The notes under the pieces are model-generated. The model had not been told where the DNA came from, did not search any database, and saw only the letters and a list, made by a program, of their open reading frames with translations. A program made the translations under genes and the position numbers. Below, piece by piece: positions 28,323 to 37,955 of a stretch of DNA of 64,000 bases. The stretch is from an uncultured Gammaproteobacteria bacterium. Lineage in GTDB: Bacteria > Patescibacteriota > Patescibacteriia > Magasanikbacterales > GCA-002688135. Each line of letters starts with the position of its first letter. Positions within the stretch are counted from its first letter, which is position 1. The stretch spans positions 24,076 through 88,075 of the forward strand of contig CAZHVT010000005.1 in the NCBI GenBank assembly GCA_964536205.1, written 5' to 3'.

Positions 28323-29479
28323 ACGCTGTGTTCGTGGGGTTTGCGAGCTTCGTTGTTTTCGATTTTAGTAACGCTTTTGAGCACTGTGTTCTCAAAAGCA
28401 GCTCTTTTATGAGGCGCGCTGAACGCTTTGAGAGTTCGCAGTGCGGCTTTTCCATCATGTAAAGGTAGATTTATGGCGCGACGCTTCCATTGCCCTCGGA
28501 GTGCCTTTTTTGTTTGTTGTACGATGTCTTCACGGAATGTTCCAACACATATGTTTGTGCCCTCCATTATAGATTGCATGCGATTTGTTTCGTTTGCAAG
28601 CGTTAAGCATGGTATACCGAGTGCTGACGCTTCATCTTGTACTGATGCTGAATCTGTCAGAACTAGTGCTGCATTTTGTAGTAGATGTAGATGGTCGATA
28701 TATGGCAATCTCTTCAAAGCAATCGGTGCATATTTTGATTTCCATTTTAAATCAAAGGCAGCCGAAATATTTTGTGTATGTGGATGTACGGTACTGACTA
28801 CTGGTAGTATATCATGTATTTCACATGCTGAACCGAAGATTTCTCGTGCACGATTGAAGTGGAGCGTGTTTGCAGGACGATGAAAGGATAACAGTGCATA
28901 GGCTCGCGACTTTACCTCTATCTTCTTTAAAATTTTACTATGCTTTGTGAGGTTCTCGTATTGTAATAATGTATCGATGTGCAAGCCTCCTGTTAGTTCA
29001 CATTTTGATGTATCAATACCCTCTTTTTCTAAATTGTCCATCGCATATTCATCATCGGCACATAGCAGAGTCGCCATGTGATCGGAAAGAATTGCGTATG
29101 CTTCTTCACGAATCCATGATGTGTGATATCTATTTCCGGCACTTAATTTTATTATAGGTTTTTTTGTGAGATGTGCTGCCATGCTTGCTGCGTATGTTGT
29201 GAGACTTTCTCCAATCACACAAACATTATCTGGCTGCGTTTTTTGGATAATGTTTTCACATGCTTTTATTGTTTCAGGAAATGCAAGATCCGGTTGTGTC
29301 TGATCGATGTGTGTTGATTCAAATGGTTGTTCAATTTCAAGCTCTCTGCACAACTTTTCAATCCCGTCATCTGTTCCGATGTATGTATGTTTTATTTCTA
29401 TATCTTGAGCATTCCGAATAAGCGCCGCTGTGCGCACGATGTGAGAACGTGTTCCATTTATAATCAGCATTTTTCTCAT
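28319..29479 (-). CDS. wecB: UDP-GlcNAc 2-epimerase (non-hydrolysing)-like, degenerate
   Basis: GTR, HRPAN, LVLTDSASVQDEA..LGIPCLTL..ETNR, DGKAA.R; several motif substitutions. Confidence 0.7.
   Translation of the reverse strand: MRKMLIINGTRSHIVRTAALIRNAQDIEIKHTYIGTDDGIEKLCRELEIEQPFESTHIDQTQPDLAFPETIKACENIIQKTQPDNVCVIGESLTTYAASMAAHLTKKPIIKLSAGNRYHTSWIREEAYAILSDHMATLLCADDEYAMDNLEKEGIDTSKCELTGGLHIDTLLQYENLTKHSKILKKIEVKSRAYALLSFHRPANTLHFNRAREIFGSACEIHDILPVVSTVHPHTQNISAAFDLKWKSKYAPIALKRLPYIDHLHLLQNAALVLTDSASVQDEASALGIPCLTLANETNRMQSIMEGTNICVGTFREDIVQQTKKALRGQWKRRAINLPLHDGKAALRTLKAFSAPHKRAAFENTVLKSVTKIENNEARKPHEHSV
28348..28403 (-). repeat. Structured motif copy 2, inside the 3' tail of the wecB-like gene
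   Basis: AGCT-GCTTTTGAG-loop-CTCAAAAGC-GTTACTAAAATCG-N6-ACGAAG. Confidence 0.7.
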
Positions 29480-30567
29480 ACCATCATTTTTTTCCATGCA
29501 TTTATCATAACTACTTGTGCGTCTTTTTCTTGTGCAAGGGATTCAAAATCCTGACGAGCTTGGTGTGCTAACTGTGCAGCGTATTCTTTCTTTTCATATA
29601 GTTCTATAACTGCTTCTGCGAGCGCTCCTGCGTCATTTTCCGGGACCACTAATCCATTGTGACGATGTTTTATGATTTCTCCTGCAACACCCACATCTGT
29701 CATGACTATCGGTTTTTTGTGTGACATTGCTTCGATTGCAACTCTCCCCCAACCTTCTGTGTGCGATGGAATTACCACAACATCTGCATGAGCGTAGTAG
29801 TGCGCGAGATCTCGCTTGTACCCATGTAAGTGAATTGATTCTGCAATACCAATACTTTTTGCGCTGGCTAGAATTTCATTTTTTTGTGGGCCATCTCCGA
29901 TTACTAAACATTGTGCTCCTGGAATGCTCCCGCAGATGTAAGGCATTGCTCTGGTGAGTAGTGTTACATTTTTTTCTTTTGTAAGACGCGACACCACAAG
30001 AACGGTGAATTTTTCATGTGATTCATGGTTTGTCATTTCTGATGTGCTTTGTGCGGCGACTGGCGTGACAGTTATTTTATCTTCTGAAACTCCTTTTTCA
30101 ATCAAACTTTTTTTGATTCTTTGTGATACAACTCGGATGCTTTGAGCTCGCTTCAAGACAAAGAGTCCGATTTTGGCTCGGATTTTATTTATCTTAGATT
30201 GATTTCTCCAAAATGAGTTTCCATAGAAATCTCCGTGAAGTTGAACTTCGAGTTTTGCATTATTTTTTCGTGCGACAAGCCATGCAACAAAGCCGCTTTC
30301 AAATGGTTCTTGTGAGCTGATGATATGTGCGTTGTATTTTTTTGCCCATTGTGAGAGCGTTTTGTATGCCTTCCACAATCTTGCCACTGGGTTTCCCATA
30401 AAACCGGTTGCGATGAATGGACCGTGTTCTGTTTTTTCTTCTTCGCAATTTGAAAGTACAATCACCCCCAACATTGAAACGTCTGCAGCATAACGACTCA
30501 TGCGTTCGTATGATTCTGTTTCCTTATTTAGAATTTTTTTGTCGAAGCTAAGAAGGAGTACGTTCAT
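29476..30567 (-). CDS. GT4 glycosyltransferase
   Basis: VSRLTKEKN, EGWGRVAIEAM, TDVG. Confidence 0.9.
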   Translation of the reverse strand: MNVLLLSFDKKILNKETESYERMSRYAADVSMLGVIVLSNCEEEKTEHGPFIATGFMGNPVARLWKAYKTLSQWAKKYNAHIISSQEPFESGFVAWLVARKNNAKLEVQLHGDFYGNSFWRNQSKINKIRAKIGLFVLKRAQSIRVVSQRIKKSLIEKGVSEDKITVTPVAAQSTSEMTNHESHEKFTVLVVSRLTKEKNVTLLTRAMPYICGSIPGAQCLVIGDGPQKNEILASAKSIGIAESIHLHGYKRDLAHYYAHADVVVIPSHTEGWGRVAIEAMSHKKPIVMTDVGVAGEIIKHRHNGLVVPENDAGALAEAVIELYEKKEYAAQLAHQARQDFESLAQEKDAQVVMINAWKKMMV

Positions 30568-32821
30568 AACTTTTCATAAGTAAGTCGATTGTGTTAGTCA
30601 TCATTGTTTCTCGTGAGAAGCGTGCTGTGTCTTCATGTCCTGTTATTGCCAGTTGTTGTGCTAGTTCATTTTCAGTCACCATCATGCGAATTGATTTTAG
30701 AAGTGTCAGGTTGTCGTTAAGATCTACAAGCAGTCCGCTTTTCTTGTGTTCAACTACTTCTACATTTCCGCCAGCGCGTGATGCAACAATTGGAAGCCTT
30801 GAGAATTGTGCTTCAATCAAAACATGTGGCAATCCTTCATAATCGCTATACAACACAAATACTTGAGATTTTTTCATCGCCCAAGCAACCTGCGCGTGAG
30901 GCCGCGCTCCCATGAAATGAACGCGCTCGTTCACATTGTGCTTTGTTGCTGTTTCTTCTAACTCTTGCGCCATTGGGCCATCTCCCACAATTACACATTG
31001 TACATTTGTAATTTCGCGAGCAAGGGGCTCGAGAACTCTGATGACTTTGTCGATTCCCTTCCACGGCACAAGCCTCCCCACATACAAAACCACCGGTCCT
31101 TCTGGCCAATTTTCTATTTCTTCATTTTTTTCTGGAAGATGTGCTGCGTTATACACTACTTTTATTTTTTCAGGATCTACTCCCCACTTTGTGATGATGT
31201 TTTTAAGATAGTGACTTGGTGTGATAATTGTTTTTGCGCCGCGTGCCACCCATCGAGATAGCATTCTGACAATTTCTACTTTCAGTCCATATCGCTTCCC
31301 ATCAAAGTTATCAAGGATATCATCACATTCTCCATAGTTTCGAGCTCGCTCCCATGCTGGATCTCCCACAACTTTTAGGATCATTGGACGACGAGTTAGT
31401 ATGTGAACAATTCGAGCCGGAAATCCTGTGGACATTGAATCTTGTACGTAGATGAGATCAGATGCTTTTGCTGCTTTTTTCAGTGCGCGTGTATATTTCC
31501 AATATCTTGTTAATACTGATCTGTTTCTGTTTATGAATGTTATGGTCGTGTTGTTATCAAATCTTGTGTCATCTTTTTCGCCAAATGAAACCACTTGAGT
31601 TTCAACTCCGTTTTTTGATAGTTCATTGGCGAGAGATGCTACATATGTCGCAGGCCCTCCTGGATCTGGAGGGAAAATTCCTGTTGCGATGAGGATTTTT
31701 GGTTGCATCATTTCATCGTATGTATTTCGATATTGCTTTGCGATTGTTGACCATTCAAAGTTCTTGATTAACTCACGCGCGTTTGAAATGCATGATTCTC
31801 GTAAATTTTTATTTTGCAGTATTCGTACAATCGCTTCTGCAAATTCGTCTGTATCCTTTGGAGTGCACAATAATCCTGTGTGTTCATGTATGACAACATC
31901 AGGAATTCCACCAACATTACTTGCAACAACAGGAACGCCCAGTGCGAATGCTTCGAGTGCTGCGATTCCCAAGCCTTCTCCATGTGATGGCACAACTGCA
32001 ACTGATGCTTTTGCTAGGATTGCCATTGCTTGCTCGTGCGGCAATCTTCCATAAAGTGTAACTTTATTTTTCAGTCCTAACGTTTCAATGAGAGCTTCTG
32101 TTTCGCCTCGCTGTGCACCATCACCCACAAGATGCAATGTTGCATCAGGGATCTCTAGAGATATTTTTTTAAATGCTGTCACCAAATCCATGATGCCTTT
32201 TTCTGGTGACAGTCTTGCAACAGCTGCAATACTGTTTGGAATTTTTGCTTTCTCACTTTCTTGCTTCTTAATGTATTCCAATTTTCCGAGCGCAACTCCA
32301 TTTGGAATAATTTCAATGCTTCGAGCGCCTAGTTGCGCTGCTCGAGCTGAAAGGAAGTTGGATATTGCAGTTATTCGATTAGGTGTATTGTGAATTTTTC
32401 TCCACAACCATCCTGGAATAATTCCTTTTGCTGCTTTGTCGTCGAGATCACCACTTTGCAATGTTAAAATTCTGCGTGATCGTCGTGATAGCATCCCAAT
32501 AAACCATAATGCGATTCCTGCATAACTTTCCATGACTGCGTGGATGATATCTGGTTTGAGTCTCAAGGTTTTAAATGGTGCCAAAATTGGAAATAACCAT
32601 TTATCGAATTTGAATCCTAAACCGACACGTATGATGACGTATCGACCACGATTATCGACGCGTGGCAAATCTCTTGACAATCGAGCTGTAATAATAGTAA
32701 ATGCATGTGAATCTTTTCGACCCAAACGATTGACGATTTCCTCGACACACATTTCAGCCCCTGACATGAAGGGGTCGAAGAACGTTGATAAAATGGCTAC
32801 ATGTACAGGTTTTTTGGCCAT
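30548..32821 (-). CDS. Tandem double-GT4 glycosyltransferase
   Basis: Two complete GT4 units: EGLGIAALEA and EGLPHVLIEA; second unit begins PKILIATGIFPPDPGGPA. Confidence 0.9.
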   Translation of the reverse strand: MAKKPVHVAILSTFFDPFMSGAEMCVEEIVNRLGRKDSHAFTIITARLSRDLPRVDNRGRYVIIRVGLGFKFDKWLFPILAPFKTLRLKPDIIHAVMESYAGIALWFIGMLSRRSRRILTLQSGDLDDKAAKGIIPGWLWRKIHNTPNRITAISNFLSARAAQLGARSIEIIPNGVALGKLEYIKKQESEKAKIPNSIAAVARLSPEKGIMDLVTAFKKISLEIPDATLHLVGDGAQRGETEALIETLGLKNKVTLYGRLPHEQAMAILAKASVAVVPSHGEGLGIAALEAFALGVPVVASNVGGIPDVVIHEHTGLLCTPKDTDEFAEAIVRILQNKNLRESCISNARELIKNFEWSTIAKQYRNTYDEMMQPKILIATGIFPPDPGGPATYVASLANELSKNGVETQVVSFGEKDDTRFDNNTTITFINRNRSVLTRYWKYTRALKKAAKASDLIYVQDSMSTGFPARIVHILTRRPMILKVVGDPAWERARNYGECDDILDNFDGKRYGLKVEIVRMLSRWVARGAKTIITPSHYLKNIITKWGVDPEKIKVVYNAAHLPEKNEEIENWPEGPVVLYVGRLVPWKGIDKVIRVLEPLAREITNVQCVIVGDGPMAQELEETATKHNVNERVHFMGARPHAQVAWAMKKSQVFVLYSDYEGLPHVLIEAQFSRLPIVASRAGGNVEVVEHKKSGLLVDLNDNLTLLKSIRMMVTENELAQQLAITGHEDTARFSRETMMTNTIDLLMKSYERTPS

Positions 32822-32853
32822 ACTCTTACTTGCGTTATTCGCAGTTTGCACGT

Positions 32854-32882
32854 ATTATGGTGTAAAGTTAGATAAAAGTCAA
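32854..32882 (-). promoter_or_regulatory. sigma70 promoter heading the long minus-strand GT operon
   Basis: TTGACT-17 nt-CATAAT. Confidence 0.65.
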
Positions 32883-32890
32883 TTGGTGTT

Positions 32891-33008
32891 CGTAATGCGT
32901 AATTCGTAAAGCGTCATGCGGGCAATGAGTCGCCAGAGGCGACATATTTATACAGCGCCTGCGGCGATTCCTTATACCTCTTTACGCGTTACTCTTTAAC
33001 GCCTTACT
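32891..33008. repeat. Heptamer-repeat hairpin E6 (E4/E5 family) with internal GTCGCC-aga-GGCGAC
   Basis: CGTAATG CGTAATT CGTAAAG CGTCATG ... CTCTTTA CGCGTTA CTCTTTA; ends just before ATG 33016. Confidence 0.85.
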
Positions 33009-33015
33009 ATTTTTT

Positions 33016-34002
33016 ATGAACATCCTCATTACCGGCTCAAGTGGTGAAATTGGTACAAATTTAGGTCTGAAATTGCTCGATCGTGGAGATCGTGTTTTTG
33101 GTGTCGATAAACGAATGAATACATGGACGGATCGTATTCCGACCTTACTCCAAGATCTCTCACAGCGTTTTCACAACTTTGTCGGTGGGATTGGTGCAGC
33201 GAGTTATCCAAAACCTGACGTTGTTGTTCATTTAGCAGCAAATGCAAAAGTGCATGAGTTGGTTGTTGATCCGCAGCGTGCGTTGGATAATATTATTTTG
33301 ACATTTAATGTTTTGGAGTATTGTCGTGCTAACAATGTTCCTATTATTTTTGGAAGTTCTCGTGAAGTGTATGGTGATATTCATCGATTTGAAACTAAGC
33401 GAGAGGAAGTCAAAGAACCTTCTGCTGATTTTGTATTTACTGAAAGTACGTATTCTGCGAGTAAGGTTTCTGGTGAGTCGTTGATCTATTCATACGCACA
33501 GTGCTACGACATTCCATATATTGTTTTTCGTTTTTCAAATGTGTATGGTCGTTTTGATAATGACATTGAGCGAATGGAGCGCGTGATTCCTTTGTTCATC
33601 AACAAGATTGAGAAGGGAGAACAAATTACTATTTATGGAGCGGAGAAAACTCTGGACTTTACGTATGTTGATGATACGGTTCAGGGATTGATTAAGGGTA
33701 TTGATGCGCTGACTTCAAAGCGAGTTGTTAATAAAACTATGAACCTTGCGTGTGGTTCTGGATATACGTTAGTTCAGATGGCGAACTTTATCGCTGAGAA
33801 TTTAGGTAAGACAATTAATCCAATTATTGAGCCAACTCGTCCGGGTGAAATTACGTATTATGTTGCTGATATCACAGCAGCTCGAGAACTGATTGGATTT
33901 GAACCTACTACAACATTGCCAGAAGGAATCAAGAAGGCTATCACATGGCAGAGAGAATTTGCTGGATCAACTGAACCAGTTATTGAAAAAGAACTAGCGT
34001 AA
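33016..34002 (+). CDS. NAD-dependent epimerase/dehydratase
   Basis: TGSSGEIG, SSREVYG, YSASK, RFSNVYG, DFTYVDD. Confidence 0.9.
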   Translation: MNILITGSSGEIGTNLGLKLLDRGDRVFGVDKRMNTWTDRIPTLLQDLSQRFHNFVGGIGAASYPKPDVVVHLAANAKVHELVVDPQRALDNIILTFNVLEYCRANNVPIIFGSSREVYGDIHRFETKREEVKEPSADFVFTESTYSASKVSGESLIYSYAQCYDIPYIVFRFSNVYGRFDNDIERMERVIPLFINKIEKGEQITIYGAEKTLDFTYVDDTVQGLIKGIDALTSKRVVNKTMNLACGSGYTLVQMANFIAENLGKTINPIIEPTRPGEITYYVADITAARELIGFEPTTTLPEGIKKAITWQREFAGSTEPVIEKELA

Positions 34003-34003
34003 T

Positions 34004-35233
34004 ATGTCTGATGCAGGAGGAAAACCACTTGTCTTGCACATCATCACACAAGCTGAATTTGGTGGTGCGCAAAAGTATGTTTTTGATGTTGCGACGGGAT
34101 TGTCCGATCGCTATCGTACTATTATTGCGAGTGGTCAGATTTCAATTTCTAAGGAGTTGTTAGTGCGCGCTGCTCATGCTGGAATTGAAACTGTTGAGCT
34201 CAAGCATGTTGTTCGTTCAATTTCACCACTTTACGATCCTATTGGATATCGTGAGATTGTGAAATTGATTGAGCGTATTCGTCCTGACATTATTCATTTG
34301 CATGCATCTAAGATGAGTGTGTTGGGTTCGATGGCTGCAGCGAAAATTACTCGACGTTACAAGAAAAAAGGAGGGTATCGACCAAAGGTTGTGTATACAG
34401 CGCATGGTTGGGTGTTCACTGAAAAGATTTCAACACTCAAGCGCTGGTTTTATATTTGGGCTGAAAAATTTATGAGCAGAATGAAGGATGCGATTATTGT
34501 GCTTTCTCGAGTTGATAAAGATTTGGCGTATGAGCACGGCATCATGCCAAAGAAGAAAATCTATATTATCAATAACGGAGTTGATATTCCGGAATCTGAT
34601 TTTCTGTCCAAATCTGAAGCTCGGCATGTTTTGCATAGAAAACTGCATCGAATGCAACCGCCAAAACCACTCGATAAGAAAAATTTTTGGATTGGAACTA
34701 TAGCAAATTTGTACCCTAACAAGGGACTGTCGAATTTGATTGAGGCTGTGGGAATAGTGAATAATCAGATTGATGACACGCAATACGATGCGCATGTACA
34801 GTCTGTGATTATTGGTGATGGTATGTTGCGCGGAGAATTAACTGAAGATATTTCGTCACGCGATCTTCAGGATTTTGTTTTTTTAGCCGGGGCTGTTCCT
34901 GATGCATACAAATATTTGCGAGCGTTTGATTTGTTTGTTTTGCCATCATTAAAGGAAGGAATTCCATTTGTTTTGCTTGAAGCCATGTCCGCCGGAGTTC
35001 CCATCGTCGCATCTTCAGTTGGAGCGATTCCTGAAATTTTGGAAGATCGTAAGACAGCGATTTTAGTGGAACCGGGAAATGCAACACAACTTGCTGAACA
35101 TATTCATGAGTTAATGCATCACGAAACATTGTCTTCTGAATTAGCAAAAGCTGCGCATGAGCACGTTACAAAAAAACTAACCGCCTCAAAGATGATTGAA
35201 GCGGTTGATCGTGTGTATCAAGATTTATTGTAA
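34004..35233 (+). CDS. GT4 glycosyltransferase
   Basis: GGAQKY, YTAHGW, EGIPFVLLEAM. Confidence 0.9.
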   Translation: MSDAGGKPLVLHIITQAEFGGAQKYVFDVATGLSDRYRTIIASGQISISKELLVRAAHAGIETVELKHVVRSISPLYDPIGYREIVKLIERIRPDIIHLHASKMSVLGSMAAAKITRRYKKKGGYRPKVVYTAHGWVFTEKISTLKRWFYIWAEKFMSRMKDAIIVLSRVDKDLAYEHGIMPKKKIYIINNGVDIPESDFLSKSEARHVLHRKLHRMQPPKPLDKKNFWIGTIANLYPNKGLSNLIEAVGIVNNQIDDTQYDAHVQSVIIGDGMLRGELTEDISSRDLQDFVFLAGAVPDAYKYLRAFDLFVLPSLKEGIPFVLLEAMSAGVPIVASSVGAIPEILEDRKTAILVEPGNATQLAEHIHELMHHETLSSELAKAAHEHVTKKLTASKMIEAVDRVYQDLL

Positions 35234-35244
35234 GATTTATCTCA

Positions 35245-37827
35245 TCAGCCTGATTTCAATTCTCGAGATAGTGGACAGTCTTCATCCCAACGTGCTGGCA
35301 TTTTTGTCAGTTTTTTTGATTTTCCAGTTTCAAATACACATCTTAAAAATCCATCTGGGTTGATGTCGTCTATGTGGTTTTCAAAGTAGGGCTCCATCAT
35401 TTTGTATGCTTCTTCGTCTTGTGCGTATCCCGCCGCAAACAAGACTTCCTCATAATTTTGATATGTCCATGAATCTTTTCTTTCTACAATATACGCATTG
35501 AATAAAGCTTGGGTCTCCTCACTTGTGATTGCTATTTCTGGTTTTGTGAGAAATTCCGCGAACTGCTCGGTTTTGTCAGGATAACGTGCTTTGATTTGTA
35601 GTCCGATTTCGTGTGCCTTTTGATGATATCCAAAATTTTTCCATGTTTGCGCCTCTCGAATATATATTTCTGGTGTCACCCTCTGTCCAGCATTCTCAAT
35701 CATGAGTATAAGCTGACGAATGAACCGGGGTTCATGAAATCCATTCTCTGCGATGACTCGAGAGAGAAGATCTAAATCCAGAGCGCTTGTTGGTACAAAC
35801 TCTTGAAGTATAATTCCTCGATATACATCTTCCCATGCATCTGCTTTGTCTCCAGCACCATACTTAACTTTCCCCCGCTCCCACCAGACTCGGCCTACTG
35901 TGTCGTTGATAGCTATTGCTTGATCTATAAGTTCTAGTGCGCGATCTGTTTGTCCATTTTTTGCATATAGACTTGAGGCAATGAGATATAGCTGCTGTCG
36001 ATTTGGTGAGCGTTCTAGAATCTGCTGAAAACGCTCTTCAACAAACTGTTCCCATTTTGGATCGGGAAACATAAACGATGCGAGGTCAATCTCAATAAGT
36101 GCGATGTGTAATTCATTTGGTTGATTTTGATATGCTTCGTTTAATCCTTCGAGTGTTAGCTCGACAATCTCTTTGAGCTCTTCTTTTGGATACTGTTGTT
36201 GCCATATTGGTAATCGTCCATGAACCTTTCGTCCAATGTCCAGACGTATATCTGCGATATGCGGAGTTTCAAATTCATACGAAGCTTTGATGAGTTGTTT
36301 TGCATTGACTGGACCTTGTTGATGCAATGCTGCCAATACTTTCAGGACAGCTGCGTTTGCTTGGGATGGTTTGATGTTGATCTCAAAAATAAATGCTAGT
36401 GCAACCACGGAAACAATGGCGCATGTTATCCCAATTTTTTTTGACTGCGCTGGGGATGTGTGTTCCTCGTATACTCTTTTTGGTCTTGTGATTTCGTAAA
36501 TGAATGCGAGTGTTAGGAAAAGTGTTATGAATGAAATTGGGGTATCAAATACAAACATCTTGGAAAAGAAATCTGTAAATAAAAGTGCATAGCCTGCGTA
36601 TATTTTCTTTTTGTGTGCAGGATTTTCTTCTTTAAGTCGCCATAACATCATGAATGCTGCGATGTATAATCCTAGATAGCCGATGATTCCGAAAATTCCG
36701 GCGGTTGCTAATGTATTGAAAAGTACGTTATGAGCATTATCAAACCAAGATTCATAATATGAGTTTGATAGTGATTCTGGAATGAGATGTTTGTTGAATG
36801 CTGCGTAGAAATTTTCATGACCCCACCCGAAAAGTGGTTTTTCTTTCCATGCTGAAACTGATGTTTTCCATGCTGCGATTCGCGGACCGGAATCGCTTGT
36901 GATATCTGCCAATCGACTTACTCCTCTAACTTTTTTTAGAGCATCGTTTGCCGGAGAAAACCACACTATTCCAACCACTATAATAATAAGAGCTACAATT
37001 CGTATCCCCCATTTTCTGACGTGAGTGTGTTCTTTGAGAACCGCGATTAATCCGGTGACAAAAATTCCCGCAAGAAGACCAAGAATCGCGCCACGACTTC
37101 CAGAATACAATAAGAGCAATCCACTAAGCGCTATGATTGCCCCGAGTAGTGTTTTTTTGAATTTGTTTTTTTCTAGGAAGAACAGCATGGCTGCGACGAT
37201 CATACTGATTGCCATGAAGTTTCCGAGATAAATGAAATTACCAAGTGTTGAAAAAACCCTTCCTCCGCCTTCGTTGAATAAAACTCCGTTTCCGTATCGT
37301 TGAGCTAATCCGACAATTGATATAACGACTGATATGAGCATGAAGATCCACCACAATGATCTCCACCCAATCAATTTAATAGCTGTTGCTCTTTCTCCTT
37401 TCCATCCCCGAACTGAAAGCCCAATGAGAAAAAACCACAGTGCGTAATGCATGATTGAGATGAGTCCAAGCATACGCTCATGTCCACCCCAAAATGATCT
37501 GTGTGGATCTACTCCAAAAAAAGAGGAAAGTCCGAGAGATATAATATACAGAATTACCGCGTAGTGAATGAGTGATAACTTGTATCGAATTTGTTTGTTA
37601 TATAATGCGACGATTATTAGACATGCGGCTGCTATTATAGTCACTACACGCAGGAAAATCACCTTTGGAAAGATGAAGGGGAAAATGAATTTTGATGGAA
37701 TTACGATGAGTGGTGTGAGGAGCGCGACCAATACATATGCTGCACCTACTAAATACAATAAACGAAGACCCTTGTTTTTGGGTCTTTTTTCTGGGGATTT
37801 CTGAGTATCTGTGGTATCTGTGTTCAT
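35245..37827 (-). CDS. O-antigen ligase/O-OTase-like (Wzy_C) protein with C-terminal TPR region, paralog 1
   Basis: SFWG..ER..G, STLGN, SRGA, KPLFGWGHENF, FDNAHN; TPR-like helices. Confidence 0.85.
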   Translation of the reverse strand: MNTDTTDTQKSPEKRPKNKGLRLLYLVGAAYVLVALLTPLIVIPSKFIFPFIFPKVIFLRVVTIIAAACLIIVALYNKQIRYKLSLIHYAVILYIISLGLSSFFGVDPHRSFWGGHERMLGLISIMHYALWFFLIGLSVRGWKGERATAIKLIGWRSLWWIFMLISVVISIVGLAQRYGNGVLFNEGGGRVFSTLGNFIYLGNFMAISMIVAAMLFFLEKNKFKKTLLGAIIALSGLLLLYSGSRGAILGLLAGIFVTGLIAVLKEHTHVRKWGIRIVALIIIVVGIVWFSPANDALKKVRGVSRLADITSDSGPRIAAWKTSVSAWKEKPLFGWGHENFYAAFNKHLIPESLSNSYYESWFDNAHNVLFNTLATAGIFGIIGYLGLYIAAFMMLWRLKEENPAHKKKIYAGYALLFTDFFSKMFVFDTPISFITLFLTLAFIYEITRPKRVYEEHTSPAQSKKIGITCAIVSVVALAFIFEINIKPSQANAAVLKVLAALHQQGPVNAKQLIKASYEFETPHIADIRLDIGRKVHGRLPIWQQQYPKEELKEIVELTLEGLNEAYQNQPNELHIALIEIDLASFMFPDPKWEQFVEERFQQILERSPNRQQLYLIASSLYAKNGQTDRALELIDQAIAINDTVGRVWWERGKVKYGAGDKADAWEDVYRGIILQEFVPTSALDLDLLSRVIAENGFHEPRFIRQLILMIENAGQRVTPEIYIREAQTWKNFGYHQKAHEIGLQIKARYPDKTEQFAEFLTKPEIAITSEETQALFNAYIVERKDSWTYQNYEEVLFAAGYAQDEEAYKMMEPYFENHIDDINPDGFLRCVFETGKSKKLTKMPARWDEDCPLSRELKSG

Positions 37828-37870
37828 GAGAGACAGTATAGCATATATTCCATTTTTTGATGTTAATGCC

Positions 37871-37899
37871 TTGACAATCGAGGTTTTCTGTGCTAAATT
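37871..37899 (+). promoter_or_regulatory. sigma70 promoter of the Cys-rich lipoprotein gene
   Basis: TTGACA-17 nt-(TGc)TAAATT; AGGGGGT SD before ATG 37956. Confidence 0.7.
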
Positions 37900-37955
37900 A
37901 CAGGCACGTAGCGTTCATTAAAACGTGAATTAGAACTTCAAAAAGGGGGTGCTTC

